Virus record (IMG/VR): IMGVR_UViG_3300028563_000012
Location: 1 to 64,000 of that record
Reading direction: 5' to 3' (one strand)
Length of the DNA: 64,000 bases
Origin: a virus
A program made the translations under genes and the position numbers. Positions 27,311-34,852 of this stretch are shown piece after piece. The notes under the pieces are model-generated. The model was not told where the DNA came from. It searched no databases and saw nothing but the letters and a program-made list of their open reading frames with translations. Each line of letters starts with the position of its first letter. Within the stretch, counting starts at the first letter, position 1.

Positions 27311-28312
27311 TCAGAAGCGTTGATCATGTGCCCACTGAATCATCTTTGTCAATGACTTTTCGGCAGTGGAGCGCGGATCCCATTCGGCGAAGCGTCCAAG
27401 CATGAGCCAGTTCTTCGGCAACACCAATGGGCCGGGCAACGGTTTGAGGTGCCCATTCAACACCCTTGGCTCTGACAATGTCTCCTGTACAAACATGTCG
27501 CGATCGGAACGATGCGAAAGCAGCGGCATCAAATCATCGGTGTCGAGTGGCTTGGGCGCATCGGGCTTGCCCCAAGGGATCTCAAGTTGGGCCGTGGTCG
27601 GACTCGTCTTGGTGATCCGTGACACGGTCGAAGCCAGCGGCGTGTACAGGTAATCCCACCACATGTCGGTTTGGATGCCGCTAACGTCCACAATGCTGAG
27701 CTTGTTGCAAGACGTGTCCGGGATGCCCGATTGGACGGTGAAAGGCACAATCTTCCTGAGAACGGGCAGCGGCAGCGTGTTGATCAAGAAATCATAAGGC
27801 ACATTTCGATCATGGACCGTGACGCTTTTGGCATCAACCCGTCGCACCCGAGCGAAGGTGTGAACCTTGCAAGACTCCTCGGCTTGTTTTGCCAGAGCAG
27901 CAACCACGACCGCATTATCACACCGAGCCGACCAATTGTGCTTCGACCCAGGATCATTCATGCAGTCGGCACGAAACCCTTCCAGTGATTTCCTCGTTTT
28001 CTTCCAGTGTGCCGTCTGAATCTGCAACCGATCCAAGGTGCTCATCCCCATGAGACACTCCGGATGGCTCTTTGCAACTCCGTCAATGTAAATGGCCCCA
28101 CGCGGCAGATGGAAACTGTAATGGATCCCCAAAGCGTCCAACATGTCTGACGCGTCCTTGGTCGCCCGCAGGTACTTCAGACCACCAGCCGCGAACGTTC
28201 CGCCCAATTTGTCGCCGGCCTCAATCAGCGTGACATCGACTCCGCCCTTGTTTTTCAAGACATGGGCCGCAATCAAGCCCGAGATCCCGCCACCCAAAAT
28301 TACAACTCTCAT
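27311..28312 (-). CDS. FAD-dependent oxidoreductase (amine oxidase / UDP-galactopyranose mutase-like fold)
   Basis: VVILGGGISGL..A, IEA...LGG, YD.LINTLPL, LGRFAEW. Confidence 0.85.
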   Translation of the reverse strand: MRVVILGGGISGLIAAHVLKNKGGVDVTLIEAGDKLGGTFAAGGLKYLRATKDASDMLDALGIHYSFHLPRGAIYIDGVAKSHPECLMGMSTLDRLQIQTAHWKKTRKSLEGFRADCMNDPGSKHNWSARCDNAVVVAALAKQAEESCKVHTFARVRRVDAKSVTVHDRNVPYDFLINTLPLPVLRKIVPFTVQSGIPDTSCNKLSIVDVSGIQTDMWWDYLYTPLASTVSRITKTSPTTAQLEIPWGKPDAPKPLDTDDLMPLLSHRSDRDMFVQETLSEPRVLNGHLKPLPGPLVLPKNWLMLGRFAEWDPRSTAEKSLTKMIQWAHDQRF

Positions 28313-29349
28313 CGTGGCGCCTTTGCCAAATGACACATGATGGCGCGAATGTTGTCCATGCGAAGTTGCCCCGGAATGACATCGTTGACGCAACACTTGA
28401 ATGCCCCGTCGTTCCAAACGACGATGTCTGCCTTGACAATGCTTTGCAGCAAAGGATCTTCCTTCAGCATCGGCAATTGCACACGAAATCCCGGATCCCG
28501 AGTCCTGATGCGCCAGGATGCAAGCGGGCGACGCTTGGCGCCCGCGGCGATGGATTGATACACAGTCACGTAATCGGACTTGGTGGTGCGATCAATCATG
28601 TACAACTCACCGGGCGATGCTGAGTTTGCATCATGCGCAACCCCAACGTCGCAGAGCTTGGCCACCTCGACCATGATTGTTGCGACTTGTTTCACGGCAT
28701 CCGGGAAGCGGCCTGATGTGTGCTCGACTTTCAGTGTCACCGGCACTGCTTTGGCCTTCGTCTTTGGCGTTTGCTTGGCCGTCTTTTGCGCCAATAAGCG
28801 CTCTGTGAGTTGAACGATTTGCTCGGGTGACTTGCTCTTCAACATGTCTTGTTGGTTGCGATTGGTTGCCTCTGCGACCATTCGCAAAGCCGAGCAGCGT
28901 GAAAGCCAAGCGCAAGCAGGCTCCGTCAATTTCGTAGTCGGATTCACCCCGCCGATGCAAACATGATCAGGCTCGTTGAACCCGAGGCAAGGCGGAATAT
29001 CAACGTTGCTAGGCTGTTGCGCCTCAGACAACCCGGCAACCAAATCCAGGTACCAAGGAACGATCTTGGATAGATGCCCCACGGATGACGTGCTTTGCTT
29101 TAGCTTGCCAGTCGTTGCGTCGAATTGCCCCAAGATCACGACTGTGAAGTGCTGGCCACGCTTCAAATCCGACAAAAACACAACACTTCCCCAATCGTAC
29201 TCCTCAATGCATCTGCGCCATTCGATGGACTGCTGCCAATACAACGGGCTGGCATGAAACCCGTGTTTTGGAGAAGGATCCAAGCTGTGTTGCGCTATCA
29301 CATTGCGGACAAACGCCGCATCCATCTCATTCGGGTTGCTGTATACCAT
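28309..29349 (-). CDS. Hypothetical protein with a Cys cluster
   Basis: 346 aa; PCLG..C..C..C; ATGA-coupled to the oxidoreductase. Confidence 0.7.
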   Translation of the reverse strand: MVYSNPNEMDAAFVRNVIAQHSLDPSPKHGFHASPLYWQQSIEWRRCIEEYDWGSVVFLSDLKRGQHFTVVILGQFDATTGKLKQSTSSVGHLSKIVPWYLDLVAGLSEAQQPSNVDIPPCLGFNEPDHVCIGGVNPTTKLTEPACAWLSRCSALRMVAEATNRNQQDMLKSKSPEQIVQLTERLLAQKTAKQTPKTKAKAVPVTLKVEHTSGRFPDAVKQVATIMVEVAKLCDVGVAHDANSASPGELYMIDRTTKSDYVTVYQSIAAGAKRRPLASWRIRTRDPGFRVQLPMLKEDPLLQSIVKADIVVWNDGAFKCCVNDVIPGQLRMDNIRAIMCHLAKAPR

Positions 29350-30085
29350 GGGTGTCTTCAGCGGATTTATTTGCGTTTTGCGTTTTGGTGAATTGCTTCA
29401 GCTCAAGCAATGCCGCGTTGGCCCGCTTATTTGTCCATTCTTGGTGTCGAGCTATGGCTGTGTGGGTAATCCTTCCCCATTGGCCTGTGAGATTGCGCGC
29501 AAGCACAGCCAGTTGCGGCGGCTTGGAAAGCATCAGCTGCGCAACAACTTTGCCATCCGGGGAAAGCGTGGCCTTATTCATGGCACGACGCATCGCGATC
29601 TCAGACAGCTGTGAGCCTCTGTGTGTTCCGTCCTCAGCCTCCAGCATGGCAATTTCTGGATTCTCGTTCTCCCAACTGGTGGACTCCTCCACACGGTTGT
29701 CCATTTCCACATGCATGCACGGTCGTTTCACCCACCGTTCATTAATGTGCGTAATCTTGCCGCAATCGTATTGAGCAACTTTCTCAATGACTTCGATGTG
29801 CGGGGTGCGACGCTGGGCCAAACATTCGGCCGCAACCATCGCCAACGCGTTGTACACCAAGTGGTGCACGTATCCCATGAGACTACCGCGGCCGCTGTTG
29901 TAAGTATCCACCGCGTAAGCAGCAGCCAGCCGGGCCTCCTGTGCTAAGTCATCCGGCGGCATCGATTGCAGTCTGAACTTGCGCACGTGACGCTGGACCA
30001 CAACCTCAATTTCTGCCACTTTTTGTGAGTACAAAAGCTTGCCTTGCGGCGATGATTGCCAACCCTGTGGGATGTAATTTGCCAT
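29327..30085 (-). CDS. Phage sigma-70-family sigma factor
   Basis: Region 2-like DDLAQEARLAA..AVDTYNSGRGSL.GY; C-terminal HTH-like ITHTAIARH. Confidence 0.7.
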   Translation of the reverse strand: MANYIPQGWQSSPQGKLLYSQKVAEIEVVVQRHVRKFRLQSMPPDDLAQEARLAAAYAVDTYNSGRGSLMGYVHHLVYNALAMVAAECLAQRRTPHIEVIEKVAQYDCGKITHINERWVKRPCMHVEMDNRVEESTSWENENPEIAMLEAEDGTHRGSQLSEIAMRRAMNKATLSPDGKVVAQLMLSKPPQLAVLARNLTGQWGRITHTAIARHQEWTNKRANAALLELKQFTKTQNANKSAEDTHGIQQPE

Positions 30086-30094
30086 GATTGCCTG

Positions 30095-30853
30095 CTATTC
30101 TCCTTGCGGTTTTGCAGCCGCCTTGCGGGTGTCTGATTTGCATTTCGAACAAAGGTTGCGCCATTTCACCTCACCAGTCTTGGCGAAGCGGCGGTGCTCA
30201 CGCAGCTGGCGCTCGTAACCGTCCCGAGCGCATTTCATCGAAGTCTTGCACCCGTCGCAGAACGTCTCAAACAAACCACCGATCGGGTTGCCAGCCGTGA
30301 ATGCTTGTGACTCCTCGGCTGTGAGCGCTTTCATGCCGCGAAAATGGCGCCCAACGTAGCCTGCGCCCTTTGGGGTAAGCACCAATGGAGACTCGGCCTT
30401 GTCCACTACGATATAGGTGCCACCCGCCTTGCGATAGCCGCAACCGCGTTGCCCCTCGCCTGCCACGGATCCGACGGCCTTGGTATCAGGACGCAACTCC
30501 AATTCTGCCAGCAAATCAGCCTGGAATTCAGCAGTCCCTGGTGGCACGATGTATTCGATGCGTGACGGTACAAAGTAGCCAAAAACCGGTGATGCCGAGT
30601 CGCCGCCCTTCGTTCCGCTGTGCGCCAAAAACACCCGCGACTTGCCCGTCACCAGGCCAACCGGAACTTGGTGCGATGGCATGCGACGGCTGATCCCGAG
30701 TCGCGCTGCCTCATCGATGAAGTCTTGCGGCGTTGGGTAGAAATTCGACCCGATGAAGATCAGGTAGTCAACAACGGCCACCCTTTCAAAGGCAAATTCC
30801 TGTTGATTCAGAGCAACTTGACCAGCGGGCTTGGGGTTTACCGCGCTATCCAT
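30095..30853 (-). CDS. Hypothetical protein with Zn-ribbon motifs
   Basis: RGCG, CDGC, CSKC; GGAG RBS. Confidence 0.7.
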   Translation of the reverse strand: MDSAVNPKPAGQVALNQQEFAFERVAVVDYLIFIGSNFYPTPQDFIDEAARLGISRRMPSHQVPVGLVTGKSRVFLAHSGTKGGDSASPVFGYFVPSRIEYIVPPGTAEFQADLLAELELRPDTKAVGSVAGEGQRGCGYRKAGGTYIVVDKAESPLVLTPKGAGYVGRHFRGMKALTAEESQAFTAGNPIGGLFETFCDGCKTSMKCARDGYERQLREHRRFAKTGEVKWRNLCSKCKSDTRKAAAKPQGE

Positions 30854-30889
30854 GGCACTCTCCAGTTCAGTTGTGTGTTGGGGTTTCGT

Positions 30890-30918
30890 ATTATCGGGGT
30901 GTGAAACGTTCCCGGCAA
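30890..30918 (-). promoter_or_regulatory. Sigma-70-type promoter for the sigma factor / nucleotide / replication operon
   Basis: TTGCCG-N17-GATAAT with an AT-rich upstream tract (AATAAAAGTTA). Confidence 0.65.
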
Positions 30919-30969
30919 GTAACTTTTATTGCGGCGCGTATTTACGTATATCCACCTATATCAACCTAC

Positions 30970-30995
30970 CTTGGGTTACCAGTTGGAAACCCAAG
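30970..30995. other. Intergenic stem-loop
   Basis: CTTGGGTT...AACCCAAG just after the stop of 31005..31436; no U-tract. Confidence 0.5.
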
Positions 30996-31004
30996 ACCTT
31001 GCTC

Positions 31005-31436
31005 CTAATCGATCAAACGGTCGATCAATCGGCCCATGGCCCTGCGGGCAGCCTGGATGCCTGATTGCACATCGCCAACGTCGGCGATGCGATGAAGCTC
31101 CTTGATCGGCGCATCCTGGATGAGCGCCGTGTCAATATTCTCAATGGCGCCCATGGCCTCGTCCAATGCCAAACGAAGCGCCTGGATGCTGAGTTCAACT
31201 TTGGTGGATGCCGGTTCTTCGACAATGACCTTGCTTTCGCGGTAGTTCATGCGCGCCGTGATGCCCTTGCCCTTGAGAAAACGGATGTAATCCGCATCCT
31301 CGCGATCCGAGTCCAAGGGGTGCTTGCGCGGGATGAAACCAAGCTCTTTGCACCCTTGCGACAAGTCGGAGTAGAGCATGGTGTAAACCTTGACTGATTT
31401 CTTGGATTGCGATGTCGTTGCCATGTTATTGCTCAC
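31005..31436 (-). CDS. Hypothetical protein
   Basis: 143 aa; overlaps the stop of the upstream small ORF. Confidence 0.65.
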   Translation of the reverse strand: MSNNMATTSQSKKSVKVYTMLYSDLSQGCKELGFIPRKHPLDSDREDADYIRFLKGKGITARMNYRESKVIVEEPASTKVELSIQALRLALDEAMGAIENIDTALIQDAPIKELHRIADVGDVQSGIQAARRAMGRLIDRLID

Positions 31437-31621
31437 CCGTGCAACAAGCGTTCCCGAAGCGTTTCCAATTCAACCGCCAACGCGAGTGCGTGGGTGCGCG
31501 CTTCCCTGAAAGCCTCCTCGAACTGCCCGCGGGTCTGTGCCGCGAACAACTCGGTGCGAGCTTGCCCGAGAGACGTCAATGCGCTTTCAACAGCCTGAAG
31601 TTGTTCCGTTTGCGTTGCCAT
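31433..31621 (-). CDS. Small helical hypothetical protein
   Basis: ATG 9 bp downstream of repeat copy 1. Confidence 0.6.
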   Translation of the reverse strand: MATQTEQLQAVESALTSLGQARTELFAAQTRGQFEEAFREARTHALALAVELETLRERLLHG

Positions 31622-31630
31622 GTAGAGACT

Positions 31631-31831
31631 CTTATGCGAGAATCAGGCCGAAATGATGAAGTGGGATTTATGGCACTTAGCATGGCAATAATGCTATCAG
31701 CTACGAAAACTTTACGTGGCTGTTTGCCATCAGTGTTGGCAAAGATGCGCTTCGCGCATGAAATGCCAAAGGAATTGGCAAAGCGCCGTAAAACGTCGCC
31801 ATCTCGTCAAAGCGACGAAAAACGGCGGTCA
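31631..31831 (-). repeat. 201-bp palindrome-rich intergenic element, copy 1 (putative promoter cassette)
   Basis: 199/201 identical to 33632-33832; six consecutive inverted repeats. Confidence 0.95.
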
Positions 31832-32230
31832 AGGCGATTGCGGCGGAGCGTCTGCCCCATCTGGATACCTGCTGATCAGGTAACGTGACAAGTAGTCGAG
31901 GATCGACTTGGCAATGGGGTGATCCGGATTGCCGGTCATGCCACTCGGCTCAAACTTCATGTTGAGCAAGTGCCTTGCAAGCTCGTAAAGCGGCACCCCG
32001 TGTTGAAGTGAAACGCTCATGGTTATCCCGAGCGCGTCAAGTGTCCCACGCAGCGTTGACCCAACCGAGTCGCACCGCAAGAACACTTCAGCCAACCGTT
32101 TTGGATTATCAGGAAACCCTGATGTGTGGACGTAACAACGCATCACGCCACCAGTTGTGTGTATTTTCAACAACTTGCACAACGACTCGCGCTCTTCACT
32201 GAGCTTCACCTTTTTCGGAGCATCCATCAA
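31829..32230 (-). CDS. Stand-alone TSCPD-type domain (C-terminal domain of class II ribonucleotide reductase)
   Basis: EVFL....GSTL.G..DA.....S.SLQHGVPL......LN.KFEPSG.T......AKSILDY. Confidence 0.85.
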   Translation of the reverse strand: MMDAPKKVKLSEERESLCKLLKIHTTGGVMRCYVHTSGFPDNPKRLAEVFLRCDSVGSTLRGTLDALGITMSVSLQHGVPLYELARHLLNMKFEPSGMTGNPDHPIAKSILDYLSRYLISRYPDGADAPPQSP

Positions 32231-32247
32231 CGTGATCTATGCGATCA

Positions 32248-33009
32248 TCACCTGAGCTGTTTTGCTGCTGTTCCGAGCGCCTGGTTGCCTCCCAAATTGA
32301 CCTGGCTTCCGGCCTCCTTGCCCTTTTCGTAGGCATCTGCGTGCCATTTGGGGTGCGATGATGCAGATGATCGCAAGCCGAGTTTCTTGGACACGTTCGT
32401 GAACAAATTGTCCACCTCCGTTTGGCCTTGCTGGACGCGGATCAAGGCTGTCGAATTCCCAGCGCCCTCCAAGCCGTGGGCGATGAAATCGGTGCGTTGC
32501 TCCCGCAAGCGGTCAGAGATCACGCGGCCGGCCCCGAGCATGAAGCTGTTGCGCCAGCGCGTGGCGGCGGCTGCCAGCGGCCGCGGTATCTCGACGGCCC
32601 AACCCTCCATTGCCAAGCGCTGAACCTCGCGCTCCAAATACGCAAACATGTAGCGGAAAGTGTCAACGTTGGCTCTGCGACCGAGCACAATCAAGCGCAC
32701 AACGCGTTGCCCGGACGCCATGTCAAGCTCTTGCTGCCACCAAGAGTAACAACCAAACCCGTCCCCAACTCCGACGGCAAGCCGACCACGCCAGGCTGAT
32801 GCTTGCTTGTAGCTGAATTGGGTGTCCTCACCTTGAAGGATCTCACCGAGTCCTTGCTTGCCATCCACGCTTTCGACGTCTGCCATGGACAACTCGTGCT
32901 CTTCCATGAGACGAGCGGCCGCACTTGCGGCATTGGCAGCCTCGTTGACATTGTTAGACTTCGAAAGCGCCAACAGTTTCTTGATGCGGTCAACAATCTT
33001 GGATTCCAT
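32248..33009 (-). CDS. DUF2786-domain protein
   Basis: KIVDRIKKLLALS.S.N.NEA..A...A..LM..H; SFMLG; AY.KG..AG. Confidence 0.85.
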   Translation of the reverse strand: MESKIVDRIKKLLALSKSNNVNEAANAASAAARLMEEHELSMADVESVDGKQGLGEILQGEDTQFSYKQASAWRGRLAVGVGDGFGCYSWWQQELDMASGQRVVRLIVLGRRANVDTFRYMFAYLEREVQRLAMEGWAVEIPRPLAAAATRWRNSFMLGAGRVISDRLREQRTDFIAHGLEGAGNSTALIRVQQGQTEVDNLFTNVSKKLGLRSSASSHPKWHADAYEKGKEAGSQVNLGGNQALGTAAKQLR

Positions 33010-33214
33010 TGCTGACTTTCTCCAAGGTGATCTTTGCTGTGTTCAAAGCTTCCAGCAATCTTGGCATGTTGACAGCGTTCAACTGCACGCCTTCGTGAAG
33101 CACCAAAACGGCCCGGCCGTCGAACAACAGCGCCTTGTTGAATTCACCTTCAGCAGTCCAACGATCTGCCGGCTTGGCTCCATGGCGCCGTGGCTTGATT
33201 GTGTGATTTTTCAT
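32990..33214 (-). CDS. Hypothetical protein
   Basis: Tiling; start MKNHTI. Confidence 0.55.
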   Translation of the reverse strand: MKNHTIKPRRHGAKPADRWTAEGEFNKALLFDGRAVLVLHEGVQLNAVNMPRLLEALNTAKITLEKVSNGIQDC

Positions 33215-33218
33215 ACCA

Positions 33219-33584
33219 TTACTCGAAATTGTCAAGCTCTTCAACCATTTCGGCAATCGCTACAAGACGGCATTGCCGGATATGGTTGGCCGACCGTGAC
33301 GTGGAGCTGGAGCTGCTGGATGCCTGGCGCTTCAGCTCACCAAGCCAACCAGCTCTTATGTCCTCGAATGCGAGGCCGCGCTTGATTTGCTCCTTGATAC
33401 GCTTGAATGATTCCATGTAGGCCGCAGCAGCAAACACATCCTCTGACCACTCCAGCGCATCAGCAGGATTGTTGGCGAAACGCTCAACGAAAGCATTAAG
33501 ACGCACTTTGAATGCTTCAATCCTGCGATCCGCGAACGCATCAAAGTTGGATTCGAAGTTGGCGGGTGCGGACTTGGTTGCCAT
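33219..33584 (-). CDS. Hypothetical protein
   Basis: AAGGAG RBS before MATKSA; alternative start 33614 with GGAGG. Confidence 0.7.
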   Translation of the reverse strand: MATKSAPANFESNFDAFADRRIEAFKVRLNAFVERFANNPADALEWSEDVFAAAAYMESFKRIKEQIKRGLAFEDIRAGWLGELKRQASSSSSSTSRSANHIRQCRLVAIAEMVEELDNFE

Positions 33585-33631
33585 GGAATCTCCTTTGTGA
33601 AATGTGCCCATCATGTCCTCCTGACTAAGGG

Positions 33632-33832
33632 CTTATGCGAGAATCAGGCCGAAATGGTGAAATGGGATTTATGGCACTTAGCATGGCAATAATGCTATCA
33701 GCTACGAAAACTTTACGTGGCTGTTTGCCATCAGTGTTGGCAAAGATGCGCTTCGCGCATGAAATGCCAAAGGAATTGGCAAAGCGCCGTAAAACGTCGC
33801 CATCTCGTCAAAGCGACGAAAAACGGCGGTCA
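33632..33832 (-). repeat. 201-bp palindrome-rich intergenic element, copy 2
   Basis: Direct repeat of 31631-31831 at an offset of 2001 bp. Confidence 0.95.
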
Positions 33833-34852
33833 CCAAGCAATGGCCCGCATACGCATGCCGAGCGTGCAGATCGGGCGTTGGGATCGTTCCTCTTCTACGG
33901 CTGCCAAGGCCGCCAAGCGCGCCTCATCGGCCGGAACCGAGTTGGCATAGGACGCACGCAACTCCTCGGCCGTACTCTCACCCGGATCCTTGCGGCCGGC
34001 GGGGCAGTAAGCAACGCGGGTGCCAGGCAGCTTGCGAGCGATGCGAGCCGCGGACGTCAGTGCGTCGGCGGATCCGTCCAACATGACGGTCCATTTGGTC
34101 TTGCTGCTCGCCAGCATATCAAGTTGCTCGTCACGCAGGCGGAGGCCCATCAAGGCAACGGACGGGATCCCGGCTTGGTATGCCGCAAGGCAGTCAAATG
34201 GGCCTTCGACGATCAAGCCATCCTTGGTCCCGTCGAGCCCTTGCCACCCGTACAACAACCTGCCGGCATTGGGCCCGGCCTTGTAGCGCAAGTAGGCATC
34301 AGGTTTGATCGAGCGCGCTGTGAAGCTGCTCCCATTGGGGCAGACGATTGGCATGATGACTCGGTCCACGTACTCACCCGAGCGGCAGACTCCAAGGCCC
34401 ATGCGGCACGCAAGATCCCGGTCAAGCCCACGGCGCGTCAGGTACTTGGGCCACAGCCATTTCGTTCCGTCCCATAGCGGTTCGAATTCGGGTGGCAACG
34501 TTCCGTCGCGCTCGGGTTTCGTCTCGGCAACCGTGGCTTTCGTCGCGCTCGGGTTGATGCGCTTGAACTCGATGTGGCCGACGCGCCAAGCCCAGAGCAG
34601 TTTGCGCGCCTCATGCCACTCGATGCCGTCAACCTCGACCACCAGCTTCAGGATGGACAGCGACTTTTCATCGCAGGAAAAACAGATGAACCTTCCAGCT
34701 GGAAGGTCATTGCCATCAGAATCAACACCAGGTTCAGAATTGATGTACAAATGTTGACGTTTCATACACCATGGGCATTTCATGATGTACTCTGATCCCG
34801 AGCTGCGGCGGGCGCCCGCACCTTCCAGCCAATCAACCATGCCTTCGCTCAT
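33830..34852 (-). CDS. DnaG-like DNA primase (Zn finger + Toprim)
   Basis: CPWC..H...CFSC, YLTRRG, RVIMPI, TARSI, IVEGPFD, LDG..D. Confidence 0.9.
   Translation of the reverse strand: MSEGMVDWLEGAGARRSSGSEYIMKCPWCMKRQHLYINSEPGVDSDGNDLPAGRFICFSCDEKSLSILKLVVEVDGIEWHEARKLLWAWRVGHIEFKRINPSATKATVAETKPERDGTLPPEFEPLWDGTKWLWPKYLTRRGLDRDLACRMGLGVCRSGEYVDRVIMPIVCPNGSSFTARSIKPDAYLRYKAGPNAGRLLYGWQGLDGTKDGLIVEGPFDCLAAYQAGIPSVALMGLRLRDEQLDMLASSKTKWTVMLDGSADALTSAARIARKLPGTRVAYCPAGRKDPGESTAEELRASYANSVPADEARLAALAAVEEERSQRPICTLGMRMRAIAW

Noticed and set aside
31633-31888. Plus-strand ORFs starting MRESGRN in both repeat copies
   Set aside because: They arise from the repeat itself, have different lengths, run antisense into real genes and lack an RBS.
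31631-33832. Composite transposon, IS/MITE or integron cassette
   Set aside because: No transposase or integrase, no terminal inverted repeats or target duplication, and no attC-type core sites recognised.
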